Part shown: positions 30,601-44,300 of the stretch, piece by piece
How the letters are laid out: each line of letters starts with the position of its first letter
Position numbering within the stretch: the first letter of the stretch is position 1
NCBI GenBank assembly: GCA_900617105.1
Contig: UYFQ01000098.1
Location: 1-64,000 of the forward strand
Origin: Hydrurus foetidus
Lineage: Eukaryota
Reading direction: 5' to 3'
Length of the DNA stretch: 64,000 nt
Made by a program: the position numbers and the translations under genes
Notes under the pieces: generated by a model
The model's database searches: none
What the model was told of the DNA's origin: nothing
The model's input: the letters and a program-made list of their open reading frames with translations, nothing else

Positions 30601-33600
30601 ATTCACTTACAGCAGCGAGCTCTTCTTCTCTCCTTTTCCTCTGTGCATTGTCTTCCCTCAGCCGTTTCGCTTTTTCGATTTCCCTTTGATGCTCTTCAAG
30701 CTCTTCTCCTACTAGAAGAGTTTTAACCGGTTTGCGCACCATCGCTAGTACAGGAGGCGTTTGGCCTATACAGTGAAAACAGTCAAAAACAAGAAATAAA
30801 AAATGAAGTGTAGAAAGGAACAGTAGTAGAGTATGAGGTGTATCAGTAATGAGATATGGTGCGTAAAAGTGAACGAGTCATGGAGAATGCTAGGAACAAA
30901 TAAAGAATGGAAGAGTTATGACGAATAAATGCAATAAGTAATGAAGAATAGGAAGGAGAGGAATGCACATGTTTCATGACGATTAGACCGAAATAATAAA
31001 AAGGAATGAAATAAATAATGTGATAAGTGAAGTGAAAAACTGAAAGGTAGAGTAATGAAGAACGAAGAATTGAAAGGGAAATAATGTGGAATATAGTAAT
31101 GAAGAGTGAAGGATAATAAGAGATGGGCACATCTCATGATGAGTGGGATGAAGAGGTGCAAGTACGGAATGGTTCTGAAGGCATAATGGGATCAAATATC
31201 TCTATCTCATACGGAGTAAAATCACATCACACACACACCATCAGCCCCCCCCCCCTCCCTCTTACCCCCAACAGACAAACAAACATACACGGCTACACGC
31301 ACTTAAAAGATGCAGACACCCCACCCCACCCAAAATAACAGAATGTAACACACGCACCTCTTAATTCTGTCGCCAAACTCCTTGCTTCAGAGGCATCTAC
31401 GAAAATCACCCGACATCTGGGATCTCCCCCCCATCTCAGCAGCAGTGCTTTAGAGAGCCCACACGACAAAGAAGAATCCGTTGCCAGAACGACTTTGGGA
31501 CCGGGGTACGTACGTTCTAATTCACGTACGGATGTTACAAGTCGTACAGGCGCGAGCTGTGTACGTGTGTATGATTTAATTATGTGATCGCATTGTTAAA
31601 TTAGGAAGTTAATATCGTCATAACAAAAATTGTTTCATTACTGTGTCTGTTAGTCTGCATTAATATTCTGCAAAGTTAGTACTCCACATCAATCTGCCGC
31701 TAAAAGTTTTGTTTATCTTATCATACATCGATGACTTTCTACACATATTTTGATTATCATGATCACCATCAAGTCTTCCCTATCTCTGAAAGCATTCAAA
31801 ATCAGAATAATCAGATCAATCATGAATATTTATTCTTTATTATTTAAAAATAAGCGCTTGAATCTTATCGTGCAGCAGTATTACTCTATACCAATCATAT
31901 CTGTCACCATTACTAGAGTGTTTGCGCAAACGGAGATATCTCGAATATCCGAGATCCGTCAATTTGAGGCGGAATTTTAAAATTCTAAATTTGAAGGGGG
32001 TAAATCTCCGAACCCTGGGGTTCCAGCCGGTTATTTCCAATTGCACAAAGACTCTATTATTAAGTCTGTCCTATCTCCGCAAGTATCAGAACATCAATCA
32101 TCAGAAATAGAAACTTACTTCGAATGGATTGGGCTTTCCGTTGTAGAAGCCCTTCGAAAGCGAGTCGCTCATCCACTCCTATGCAGTGCAAGTATGAGGG
32201 ACATTATCGGAAAACATTATAATGTGAATGATTTCAGAGATAATCGAGAGGAGAGAGGAGTGTAAGCATCTAAGATTTTGTGAATGACGTATTTGTAATA
32301 ATTTGCTATATGATTAAATTGTGATGCACAGATGAGATTGATATCAGCGAGAAGAAAGGAATCAGAAATATATTGCCTTCAAAAAAGAAGCTTGAGTCAC
32401 TGAGCAGCGAAAAATGAGAAATTAATAAAGTGTACAATTAACAAGCCAGGTAATACAGAAAGCGTTTCGTAATTTTAATTGATTAACATGAAAACACGTA
32501 CAGACGTACGTACCAGTTGAGATTTCGCATATTCCAAAATATTGAAAGCCATGTGAGAAAGAAATACCAAATGATACATGCCCAGTTTGTTCTCGACCCA
32601 GTGCTTGCCTGATGATGAATCCGTGAGAAATGAAAGAGAAAATCGAAATACAGAATTAATGAGAAGTAAATCGTAAAAATTGAATCATTTTTTTCAACCA
32701 ATTATTGTAATCGGAAGTACCAAAACTGAAAGTTACGTATTGCAGTGTTACACTAAATTAAGTGGTTTGTCTGATAATATCATAATACCCTCTTATCCTC
32801 ATAACAGAGTTCAGTAAGTGAGCAGACGATGTCTGGAACAGATGATGACGTATGCGGAATTCTGTCTTGAATTCATAGGAATAAGAACATCTCAAATGAT
32901 AGAATGTTCGGAACAACAAAATGTAAAAACAAAAAACAAATTTAACACATACAAGCTGTATTTCCACGATCATTCATCTTGAGTACATATAAATGAAGAC
33001 AAAAATACAGGGTCAAAATGTTCTTATTCTGAGAATGTGCGTACGTACGTACGTACGTACGTACGTACGTACGTGTACGTACGTACGTACCTAGTATTTG
33101 CATGATTTCCAGAGCCCTTCCTGCTGACTCGCACGGAATAAGAACGTTCCCTCCATCCCTTAAGGTATCAATAACGCTGCTAACTAATCCCACACTGTCG
33201 TCTTTCTTCCCTCTTTTAAGCGCCTGTTTGCCAAGTGCCACACCTCTGCTCACACTGCCTCCTTCTATTATAAGCAGAGCAGGAGAGGTAGGAAGGAGGC
33301 CTAAGCCGACGCCATCAAGCACCATTTCTTTCCTGAGGTTGATGTCCATCACATACAGAACTTCCGTAGCGCCATGTCTAATCCTCCAAATAGATCCTCC
33401 TATCGTTCTACCAGATGGATACGCACACAGCGTGACATGCCTTCTTGAACCTGTAAGTACAGTACGTCATCGAAAATGAGAACACCAGTTCCTAACTATC
33501 TCCACCCATATTGTCGAAGTCACATCTAAACAGGAATACCATTTTTTGAACTCATGAATAACCACGAGAACATTCATTTTCACTCAATAATTGTTAGACA

Positions 33601-34352
33601 TGCTTCAAGAAAATCATCAAAAATACTGATTTGTTTTGACTTCGACAGCAAGTACAGTGCCACACAGACAAGCACCACATTCAACATCACGCAAATTTCA
33701 AATTTTATGATACTGCTATTAGCGATTCAATATATCATCATCGGCTTGTAAAGTGTATGGCTGAAGTCGGCAAAATAGTAATTGCTAGATCAGTTTTTAA
33801 TCGCAGATAGTATTATTACCAACCTGCAGACTGCGACACTCCAGGAAGATGAATCGTTTGACTGTATTTCACAGTAGTTACATTGCTCAAAGCTAAGTCG
33901 ACATCATCTAGTTCAAACTGCTGCTGTGCGCCACTGGCGTTGTTCAATGTTCCCTCCATGCCCTTATTGAGGCAAAAATCATACAGGATCATTTTGCCGA
34001 ATTTACTCACAGGAGTGGTGCAAATAACGGGCACGCCACCGAGACCAACTCGACCAAAGACGATAGGTAGAGATCCCATATGATCCATGTCAGCGTGACT
34101 GCAACAAACAACGCAGATCAGATGAACTGCAAGCTTATTTTGCAAAAAGGAGTGTTTCTACCTGATCACGACAGCGTCAATGCCACCTCCGCTGACTAGT
34201 TCGTTTGCAATATTCAGTAATCCAGCATAGTCAAAGTCGACGACTCCTCCACAGTCTAGTAGAATCCGCGACCCACCAATCTCGAGCAAGGAGCATACTG
34301 CTCCATCAGTCTTACCACCGAGAAGAGGTGTCACTCTGACTGTGTCAAACAT
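24675..34352 (-). CDS. CPSF2: Cleavage and polyadenylation specificity factor subunit 2 (CPSF100); about 17 exons
   Basis: MBL/beta-CASP motifs ILLDCG, degenerate SHADMDHMGSLP (no HxHxDH), SGRTIGGSIWRI, GGNVLIPCESAGRALE, AKSQLEWMSD, NPFE, GPKVVLA, DDYG and GRADFKAIK, and the C-terminus IEGPPVHAYWEARKALYQQYAFV*. Confidence 0.93.
25525..25657. repeat. (CTCTA)n microsatellite
   Basis: Direct tandem repeat in a CPSF2 intron. Confidence 0.9.
26255..26397. mobile_element. MITE family A copy, CPSF2 intron
   Basis: TTGTCAAAATCA...TGATTTCGACAATA with the shared core. Confidence 0.85.
27538..27636. repeat. (TG)n compound microsatellite
   Basis: Direct tandem repeat in a CPSF2 intron. Confidence 0.9.
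29566..29711. mobile_element. MITE family A copy, CPSF2 intron
   Basis: TA-TTGTCGAAGTCA...TGACTTCGACTA-TA; TIRs with TA flanks. Confidence 0.88.
30146..30243. mobile_element. Short dispersed element family D, CPSF2 intron
   Basis: TTTTAACGGATTATTCTGTTCCG is the reverse complement of 55113-55135; the other end is also similar (ATTATTACAT). Confidence 0.6.
31914..32056. mobile_element. Single-copy TIR element, CPSF2 intron
   Basis: TAGAGTGTTTGCGCAA / TTGCACAAAGACTCTA (14 of 16 complementary); TSD unclear. Confidence 0.55.
33040..33090. repeat. (GTAC)n self-complementary microsatellite beginning at a 5' splice site
   Basis: Minus strand reads CTAG|GTACGTACGTACGTACACGTACG... Confidence 0.9.
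33509..33650. mobile_element. MITE family A copy, opposite orientation, CPSF2 intron
   Basis: TATTGTCGAAGTCA...TGACTTCGACA; internal AAACAGGAATACCATTTTT and GCTTCAAGAAAATC shared with other copies. Confidence 0.85.
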
Positions 34353-34840
34353 TGCCAATCAAAGCAGCCCGAATCGAGTAAAAACCTTCAGAATATCATA
34401 TCTCATTCAAATGCGAAAGCCTCGGTCAGTCGTTTACTCATGGACAGCTTTCGAAATGTGCTGATGTCTGCTGTATTCTAAGTTCTATCCGCAATATCAT
34501 CATATCTGAAGCATTTAAAACAGGACTCCTGTATTTCGCGCCTCAAATACTTTGAAATCATCAAATTTGAGTGATAGCATCTTTTACAACTAACAACTAT
34601 CTCATCAAATCTGTAGACTTTCCTAGGGCTATGTGTTACAGAAACGATCAAAAAATGACACCAGCTGTCTCTGGGATTTAGATCGGCCATTGGAGGTCTT
34701 CTGAGCCAGCAGGGTCGTTAGTAACTTCCCATTATGCTGAACATTTGCTGTTTCGTCGAGAAGATGGGAAGCGAAGTTATCAAATTATTTTTTGGCGTCT
34801 AATTGCCCCGGATACAAGCGTATAGCGATCTAACAACCTG
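34353..34840. promoter_or_regulatory. Probable bidirectional promoter, CPSF2 / IQCH
   Basis: Divergent ATGs about 490 bp apart; no specific motif identified. Confidence 0.45.
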
Positions 34841-37543
34841 ATGAGCTCTTCTTGGGGCACAAATGAAGTCCAAACTTTTCCCAGCTTGCAAATGCCGGTT
34901 AGTATATCATCTGGGAATCGGAAACTAAAGCAGAGGCAGAACCAGTTCCCTGGGTTACTGACATCTGCGAAGCTCCCGATAGCGAAACTGAACAGAGAAT
35001 CATATAAAAGTGATAGAGATGCTGTTTGGAAGATGCCGCCTTCTTTTTCACATCTTAAATTAGATGGCGCATCACGTGCACCCTGTACCGCTGAGCCACA
35101 TTCCTATGATCAGACACTAGGTTCGAGAGGCTTTTCAATCATTAATGTCGGGAGCAGTGGCTCAAAAGTAGCAGAATCAGTTCGATCAGGGCATAGGCCT
35201 GGAGATCCTATCAGTGACTCCTTGGATATGAAAAGGCGAGGGACATGTCACTTCATGATCTACCGTGGTACCACACTCTCCAGTACACCCGAGTTTGAAA
35301 ATTACAGGAAGACACACACGGACAACTGGAATGCGATAGCAGGGGTAATAAGGGAGATTGAAGACTATCTCAAAATTGAAGAGGTCGACCTAGCAGTAAT
35401 TGATGGATCTCGAGTCAACGACATTTCATCGTTCTATTCTGTCACTGGAGTTTTCAATGAGGACCTCATCTCCTGCATCACGAACACAAGAAGTGCAACA
35501 ACTCAGTCCAACTCTCGGAAAGTAATTCATGGAGACAGAGAACTATGGGCTGCAATTCTAATACAGCGGGCGCTTAGAAATTTCTTATGCTGGACCTGTT
35601 ATCTGAGAAATAAAATGAGTGACTCCAGTGCTGTCATCATCCAATGTCTTGTGCGCTCTTTCACTGCGACTAGAAGGGTACGACGCCTTATTGTCAAGGG
35701 AAAGATACGCATGGATGAGAGGTGGGCAGTGAATGTGGAGAAGTTGAAGAAGGTATGGGGAAGAGCCGCTTCTGTAGATCCGCTAAACACTACATTCTCT
35801 ATCGGTCACACTAGCGATTCCTACCTCACGAACACAAAGAATGGCAGTAAGTACGCATCTGCATTCAGTTCTGACAGATTGTTGATATTCGTTCCTTCCA
35901 TGACGTCAGCGGAATATATCAGACTTCACACAGACCGACTACACGCGATTCAGAACATGCACATATCATGTCTGCACCAACTGATGGATCCACACGTACA
36001 CATCGTATACGTCACACCAGCACATCTATCAAGCGAAGAAATTGCTTATCATGAGAGCATATTATCGGTACTAGGTACCCCGCCAAGTGCGTGTGTGCTG
36101 AAACGGTTACACTTTGTAGTCCCAGAAATGATCGACAAGCTACCACCCCACCTCTCCGTCTCCCAGTCTCTGCTTTGCTCGTCACTGGCATTAAAGAAAA
36201 TCAGAACAATTGTAAAGCAGCTTCCTAATGCAGTACTGATGCCATTCTCTTTATCTTGGGTGGATAAGAGACTGTCCCACTACCTCAATGTGCCGTCAAT
36301 GTCTCCCGACCCGGTGATCGCTGGCACTATAACATCTCGATCTTTTGTGAAACAAGTATTCGATGAAGCCTGTGTGACGATACCACTAGGCGTTCCAGAT
36401 ATATATAACAGCAAAGATTTCTATATTGCACTATCTACTCTCGTGAGCTCTAATATCGATATCAAAAGGTGGATGTTCAGGCTGAATGATGACTACAACA
36501 ACGAGGGTTACGCGTATTTGGACGTAGAAAAACTGTCAATTACGGCCACTTTACGGTCTGAAATAGCGTCTATGCTGGAGGGGACTGACGGGCTGCCTGG
36601 CATGTGGTACAGCAGACAAGTGCAGCTTGAAGTACGTAAGAGGGTTCTGATGTGTCTGTGTGCAGAGCTGCCTAGTAGAGCAGTCATATGCCAATCTGTG
36701 ATGCATGGTAGAACATGGGCGAATTTCGAGAAGCATTATCGTATGTGTGGATTAGTAATCGAAGCAGAACCCTTAAATGTCACTGGATACGTCACTGGCC
36801 AGTGTTTTATCGATCCTAACGGATTGATACAAATGACCCAGGGGGTGGAATTATTGGTAGACCGAAATTATCAGGTGCAGGGGTATCTTGGACCGCAGAT
36901 TCTAGTCCCCAAAATAGCATTGCAAGGAGCTACTGAAGCCGTAGCAAAAGTGCTCTATGCTAAATATGGCGTTATTGGGTATTTATCTGTTGAATTTGTG
37001 TGCTATTGGGATGGTGCTGATGAGTCGTCAAGACTTCAAGCTCTTGGGGTCAAATTGGGTTTGTCCCCCTCTTTTTTAGGGAGTGGATGCACTGCAGCGG
37101 CAGGCGGCCTAGGTCGAGAGCAACATCTTTCGCAATCTATGATGCCATTGACAGAAGATTCTGCTGGAAAATGTTTTGTATACATTCCAATTGCATATCA
37201 CCGTCCTCTTTGTTCTTGCAGAGATGGAGTGTTCCTCAGACAGTGTAAGATGAACGGGATCGGGTTTGATCCGGAGACCCTCACCGGTACGGTGTTTTTC
37301 CGCATCGATGCAATGGTCGGTGGTTCGATCAGCACTTTAACAATTGGCAAAACGAGAAAAAAATCTATTGATGCTGCAATTCATGTTCTCAGTTTTATCG
37401 CTGGTAATTTTCGAAAAACCAATGTTGAAGATGACGGTGGGGGACCGTCTTGGGAATGTTTAATTTCAATTCTATCGACCTTGCAATTCTTTGCGAAGAA
37501 TGAGAATAAAAATAAAATGACCAGTGCAATGGTCAATGCGTAG
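34841..37543 (+). CDS. IQCH: IQ-domain-containing protein H-like (IQ motifs + ATP-grasp-like region), single exon, 900 aa
   Basis: Intact long ORF with two IQ motifs (AAILIQRALR, SAVIIQCLVR), followed by IFVPS, QNMHISCL...DPHVHIVYVTP, RLHFVVPE and WMFRLNDDYNNEGYAYLD, typical of IQCH homologues. Confidence 0.8.
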   Translation: MSSSWGTNEVQTFPSLQMPVSISSGNRKLKQRQNQFPGLLTSAKLPIAKLNRESYKSDRDAVWKMPPSFSHLKLDGASRAPCTAEPHSYDQTLGSRGFSIINVGSSGSKVAESVRSGHRPGDPISDSLDMKRRGTCHFMIYRGTTLSSTPEFENYRKTHTDNWNAIAGVIREIEDYLKIEEVDLAVIDGSRVNDISSFYSVTGVFNEDLISCITNTRSATTQSNSRKVIHGDRELWAAILIQRALRNFLCWTCYLRNKMSDSSAVIIQCLVRSFTATRRVRRLIVKGKIRMDERWAVNVEKLKKVWGRAASVDPLNTTFSIGHTSDSYLTNTKNGSKYASAFSSDRLLIFVPSMTSAEYIRLHTDRLHAIQNMHISCLHQLMDPHVHIVYVTPAHLSSEEIAYHESILSVLGTPPSACVLKRLHFVVPEMIDKLPPHLSVSQSLLCSSLALKKIRTIVKQLPNAVLMPFSLSWVDKRLSHYLNVPSMSPDPVIAGTITSRSFVKQVFDEACVTIPLGVPDIYNSKDFYIALSTLVSSNIDIKRWMFRLNDDYNNEGYAYLDVEKLSITATLRSEIASMLEGTDGLPGMWYSRQVQLEVRKRVLMCLCAELPSRAVICQSVMHGRTWANFEKHYRMCGLVIEAEPLNVTGYVTGQCFIDPNGLIQMTQGVELLVDRNYQVQGYLGPQILVPKIALQGATEAVAKVLYAKYGVIGYLSVEFVCYWDGADESSRLQALGVKLGLSPSFLGSGCTAAAGGLGREQHLSQSMMPLTEDSAGKCFVYIPIAYHRPLCSCRDGVFLRQCKMNGIGFDPETLTGTVFFRIDAMVGGSISTLTIGKTRKKSIDAAIHVLSFIAGNFRKTNVEDDGGGPSWECLISILSTLQFFAKNENKNKMTSAMVNA

Positions 37544-38353
37544 ACTGATCTTCATATTATCAATTGATATCGATCACTTGTGTTTGTTGTGGAAATATTT
37601 TTGTGTCTCTCTGGTTGCACTTTGAAAAATGTTCAACGTCACCAGAGTCTGTGTCTGTGTACGTACGTACTTGATAATATGATCATGTAGAACTGTCACA
37701 TTATTTGATTTAATTCTGAGAAGCAAATCCTCTTCATTATTCATTGTACCCATAAATTATGAAACAGATTTTATCATTCTTGCAACGTTTTTCTTCATCT
37801 GAATCAAACCGATTACGTCTGTCACAAATTTCGATAAGAGTTGAATCTGGATAGCGTTAATATTTCGGATTATTTCAATAAATGAAATTCCCATCTCACA
37901 CGTATGCATTAAAAGTTTATACATCATGTGTGAATATTGATGAGCTTCAACATCTTTTCTCTAGAATACACAAACTTGTCTTTTGCTTGATTTGAAAGAT
38001 TCGAGTTACAAGTAGTGAGAAGCGACTTTTGCAGAGACGTGAGACGTTATTCCTCACTTTCGTATTCGTGTAAATGACAAAATATCTGAAAAATACGTAT
38101 TTGTCTGAGGTACAAAACACAAAATCATGGGTATGATCGCGAGAGAGAGGATGGCGATCATGCAACCCAACCTCACCCGCAGCTCAAGACAGCCATGAAA
38201 CCCAATTTCCGATTGAGACAGCTCAGTGGACGATTACTTTTGTTGCCAGCACCGTCAAATTTGGTTCAGTGCGGCGCATAAGTGAAGAGAAAAAATTGTG
38301 GGACAAATTTGATCTGTATTGACGGTAGATTCGATTTAGCTGCTACGTCCATC

Positions 38354-41300
38354 ATGAGTGGTAGCGGTCCAACAACAGGCTCGATATATGTGGGTCATCT
38401 CATGTCATCAACTGCGCCTGCAGAGGTTGCAAGCGATCAATCTCTGTCTTCAGATTTAGCTCTGAAAGCCGCCTACATAATTGAGGGAATACATGTCGTA
38501 CCAAACAAAATAACTCCCCCTAACTTTGATATCGAGGGGAAAACCAGGCCTGATATACACACAAGACCATTCAACTTGATGATCAATGCAAGGAACATTG
38601 ATGATGGGAAGGATCTCGTTCAAATCCTGACTCTGACAATCACAGGGGGTTGCCAATGGATACCTATACTGCCTCCTTTTAATTCAATTGCCATCGACCA
38701 TCTAAGATTTCACGGCGACTTCGAAATCATAACAGTTATCATACATGGCATCAGACTTGATACACAGATGCTATCATCAGCTGCCCAAGCAGTCCTCAAC
38801 AATCCGTTTAGTGACGCGGCAACGTCAGTTAAACCATTGAAAGAGTTGTCAGATGACGAACAAGAAGAGGAAGTCAACATTGCAAAGATGGAGGAGTTGG
38901 CATCTTTCGTGATTCCACGAGAAGTCATCAATGCACTGCAGACAAACGTACAGACATGCTCGAACATTCTTCACATTTTTGAGAGGAAGAAATGTTCTGA
39001 CTTCCCTGACAGCATTATTCAAAAGTTATCATCCAATGACGCTTCAAGATCATCATGTGTGGTGGCAGTCGAAATTGTGGCAGAACTCGTGGGTGCAATA
39101 TTCTCAATTGAAGATAGCAATGCATGTTCCGATCCAATATTTGCCGTTAGGACAAAAGCTATTAACAATCTTGTGAAGACATTGGACCAGTGCTGGAAGG
39201 TACAGAACATTCCTACAACCCACTTATTCCTTAGACATTTTGTGCTTTCAATTATCAATAATCATCCATAATAATTGTTCTGCATGGCGTACGTACTTAC
39301 AGAGTGCTTCGGAAGATACAGTAAAGAACGAGAGCACACACGAACAGTTCTCAGTCGCGTTAGGAGAAGAGGCAGTGAGTGTTCTCGCAGGCATCACCTT
39401 CAAACTTCTAAAATGCTTCAGGGCAGATAGTCTAGAGATCTGTAGTGAGAGCGGCACTCAGTATGACCCCTCAGCACCGGACGAGTTCCGACACCTTTGT
39501 TCAGCTGTTCTGAAATGTTGCAACTCTCTCATGGTGTGTACCGTACAGTATCGTACGTATCTTCCTAAGTCACTTCTATGAACCCGTACATCCCTGACTC
39601 TTTTCCTATTTTATTCTGTTTCTGCAGGTGAATGAGTTTTCTGCTTTAGCATTCGCTGACGTAGGAGGTCTGTACTTGATGTCGTGTATTGCCCGTCAGT
39701 CCCCCCAACTACCCCCTGCCATACAGGCGCAACTGATATCTTGCTTCTCAACAGCGTTGAAACATTCCGAATTGCTACCACGATTAATAGACCCCCCTAA
39801 GATCTACACTGATGACAGCGGTTCGTACGCTACAGACGTGTCCGTGTATCAGACACTAGTGTTAGCGATGGGCAACATGAGAGAATGCGCCCCTGCTGTA
39901 CCGCACTGCAAGGCAGCTCTTCAGTGGAGTGCACTAGCAGACTCGTGTGCGTCACTGTGTACTTTCGCAGAAGGGCTACCTGCTGTGCTTGCAGTGATCG
40001 GGGAGGCAGCTAGTCATAGAGTAGCCACTATCAACACGACTGCAGGTGCGGATAGAGAGGACGAGGATAAGATAGAAGAAGGGGACGAGAATAGAGACGG
40101 GGATAAAGAGAACGGTAAATTAGATGATTGTGGGATGACCAAAGCGTGTGCCCTATTGCACGACACTGTGCTACACGGAGATGCAGTCATTCAGACGATG
40201 TTAGCGTCACTCGAGACAACACTATCTGACATGGCAGTCACAAGTGACGACGAGAACAAGGTGTCTATCAGCAATGCAGAGGGATACTCTAAGCTGTCTC
40301 TCTACGATTTACTAAACTCTGCAAATGTCATTTCAGCCGTAGCAGCTTTCAGTGCGTTGTCACAAGCGGCCAGTGAACTCAGCTGTCTAGTAGAATGGGG
40401 CACATCGCTAAGGGAGGAAACGGCAACCGATGCAGAAACGTGCAAAGCAGCATTGATATCACTGACATCTCAATTGATGTCTCTAAAAAACGGAATTGGG
40501 TACCTTTTATTCGCTACGAATTATCCGTCTGTTCAACTTATCTCCCAGTACCTGTGTACTGAAGGTTCTGTGATGACGTGTCAGTCTGTGAGGGAATTGC
40601 ACTTTCTAGCTGACACCTCGAACTCTTCTAACGGATTTCTATCGCTGCACTTTTCGTCTATTGGTTGGATTACTTGGCTCACAGCACATACAACGCTGTT
40701 GGCTGACAGTGTTGTATGTGCTGTGATAGGCTTGAAACACCTTGCTATCTCTGATGATGTTAACGGTACTACGCGGAAGAGTCTAGGGGATGAAGAGAAA
40801 AATATAACACAGAAACAAGCCAAGTTATTCGATGCAGTTGAGTCGTTAAATTCGGCTGCCTACAGCACTGCGGGGTGTTCTGTAGTAGTCCCAGTGGTAA
40901 CTTCTTTTTGTCTATCAGAACTATTAGAGGTGGCCTGTGTGGGGTCGCATACGTCATCAGGGGGGACTACGAATGTCCTGTCTAGTGCAGTGCGACTGTT
41001 GATGTTGTGTGCGCTGTCAGATGACCCTGTTGTGATTTCAATTCTATCCCAATCATCTGCATACAAGGAGATCATCGCTTTAGCAGAAATGGTTGCTACG
41101 AGTGAACCATTATCTCTCTCCAGTTCAGAACAAAGCGTAGCGGCTGCTGCATTGCTCAGACAACAATCTAAAAGTGTTGATCCGCGTCACAGGGTCGCTA
41201 AAATTGAAGCTGAGAAGGGCTATACTGATGATGCGAGAGAATTATCAGAACAAGTTATTAGACAAGTATTGCCTCCTTTATTGGGTGAGGATGAGAAAAA

Positions 41301-44300
41301 TGAGGACAATAACAGTAAGAAAAATGAGGATAAAAAAGAAGATAAAAAAGAGGATGAAAATGGTGATGGTGTGAGTGCAGCAAACTATGTCGTGAGGTGT
41401 AAGAAGATTGTTTCTGATTTTACCTCTGTCGGGTCAAACAAAACTGGTGAAGAAGGGATGAATGAAGATAAAGATATATTACAGAACTCTCATCTTGTTG
41501 TGTTGGCATCATCAGCAAACACTCTGGTTACAATGCTTCAGAATACCGGATTGAAGAACAGGCGTACTGATAGTTTCGGTGGGTTTGAAGAGAGTAGTGC
41601 GTTGTCACTGGCGTATGATGGTAACTTTACATGGGACACTCTCTGCGCTATAGAAACAGTCTGTGAAATGCTCCAAAATTCTGGGATTTCTCTCATGCGG
41701 TACGGATCCAGGGTCCTTCCGTCATTAGATGCTATTGTTCTTTCTGACGTCATCAAAAGATTTCCTAACGGATCGAACCTAAGACAATTATCAAAAAATT
41801 CCAACAATGTTAGTGCGAAAAAGACGGAGAAAGTGTTAATTGAAGTGAAGTTAGATAGTGGAGATGACAACACTACTTCAAGTTCAACTTCAAGTTCAAG
41901 TTCAGTTGATCTTTTTAATTTATTGTCAGAAGTAGAGGAGTGTTTGCAGGCACTAAAATCTCTATTACATCTTGTACTCGAAAGACTGAAGGTCGTGAAA
42001 ACAGGAGGTAGCAGCAGTGGATGCGGTACTAATTTAGATGCTGATTCAGACTGGAGAAGTGAAGATCGGATGCTCAGCACAGTGATGCATAGCCGTGCTG
42101 CTGCTTTGAGTATTATAGGCGAAGATAAAGCGGGGACTCTGAGTGGAATTACGAGGGAAATCTGTTCTCTATCTTCCTCTATTTTCGGAATGTTTTGTCC
42201 GACACACAATCGTACTCACTCGTCTGTGTCGGTGCCAGTCGATGATGGAGAGAAAGATAAAAGCGCTGTGAATAGTGTCAATGAGAATGAGGATGTTGGA
42301 CTGATTGCGAACATATCCCTCACAGCGATTAACTGTCCGGCCCTTTTATTGTCCAATATCAGTCTACTCATAGAAATGCTACCGGATGCATCTAGTTGGC
42401 GCGTTCGTCATAATTCTTCCCAATCAATCTATCCGGACTTATTGGACACTGAAAATGCACGTGAGAAAAAAATCAAAATAATAAGAGCGGAACAAAAAGA
42501 ATATAGTACAAATCTATTTAAAAAATGGGAAATATTTTGTTGGAGCAGTAATTTCACGGAAATTATTTCTACCGATTCTCCGGAAGATTTAGAAAAAAGA
42601 AAAGAAGAAGAGTTGTTTAAGGGATCTGGATCCATGGTCTTACCGGATGATCCGTTATTTTCCGGCTTAAAATTTCTGAAGGTCCAAAAACCCTTGTTGG
42701 GGTCGGATCGGGGGTTGGAACTTGGGTCAGATTCTAGGCGAATTAGTATCTTGACGATTATTTTATATGCATTCAATTCCTCATCGAGTGAATTGCACAG
42801 ACTTGCAATGGTGCTGTCTATGAAAACGATGTGTTTGGGAAGTGATAGTGCCGTCAAGATTAGCAGTGCGTTGGTTCATACAATGCTGCGCAGAGCTGCA
42901 CTGCATCTCGCATACGTATGTGACACAGAACCAGAACACGAATATTCTCCTGAACTCTCTCTGTGCCGCATGTTAATGTTCGTAGAAGCGTTATGCAGAA
43001 ATGATTCTCTTTGCATTGCCATGGTGCAACAGGGAATTCTTCTCCCCACTCTACAATCCCTACGAGGCAGCACGGACAGAAATACGTGCGTACTTGCATT
43101 TCAACTCTTGACAACAATTATACGGTCCTTTCTACGAGTCACTGCTGGGTTGACGAGAGACAGTGCAGTGGGCAGCGATGGTGTGAATGGTGGTAGAAGT
43201 GGATCGTTAAAGTGTCGATTACAGTGGGTGATCCATGCGATGAATGACGCGGTAGTAGGTGCCCTTCCTATGGTGCTAGTGGCTTTCCAGGACTCGCCTA
43301 ACGGTGCGTTAGTATGGCAACAAGCGGTACTGACGACCTCTTTATTGCCGCATCATTCCGTCAGGCGCATTGTTGAGACGATCTCTTCAAGCCTTACATT
43401 AGAGGGCTTGGCGGTCAAGTTGTGGCTCGCATTCGAGGATACCTATCAGCAACTGTACGAAGTCACTGAACTTATCAAATTATGCCGATCAAATCCTGAG
43501 GAAGAGTCCTTGCAGAATTTAGCAGGAGAAGATAATGGTGTGGATCTTCTTCGATCTGCGCATATCATGTACACTGGCGCAGCTTGTTCATTACGCACCG
43601 TGATAGACATAGCGTTACAGTCTTTTTTAGAAGGTACGATAGCACTGCCGACTTTAGCACGGGCGTGCAGAACGTCTCTATCCGATCCGAAAAGGGTAGT
43701 GCTGAGATATCAAAGAGCGTATACTATGTGGGCTGTACAAGCAACTAGTAATGGAGGAAATGGAGGAAATGCTGCCGCTTCAGACGGATTGATGGGATCC
43801 AGTAAATCTGCTGTTTATTCAGCATTTTCATCGGGTCCTGTCAATGATGATCAATGCAAAGAATCGTTTGACGCGCGACATGAATTGATATCAGCTGCTT
43901 TGCGCAGTGCAGTGCAAAGCACCGGTAGAGTTGCACGACTCGTAGCTGGAAGAGAAATCCGTCCAAAAGGAGGAAACGGAATTATCAAAATCACGGAAAA
44001 TCCAACTTCTGGCACAAATTTATTTTCGGCGGATTTTGATTTTTATCGCCCGTTTGAAGAATTAGGCGTGACAGATGGTGACGTTGTGAATGACTGGTAT
44101 GAGACTACTCCGCCCACCATACGTTTTTCAAATCTCAGTGGTGTGCGAACAGGATTCGTTGATGACACTCTACATGCAGTCATGAGGAGAGGAATGCTGG
44201 ATGGGGACGATTCGGAAGTGAGAATATTCGACAGTTGTGTAACGGTTCATCTCGGTGAGGCAAAAATTGCATTGAAAAAACTACGAAAACGAAAATGGTC

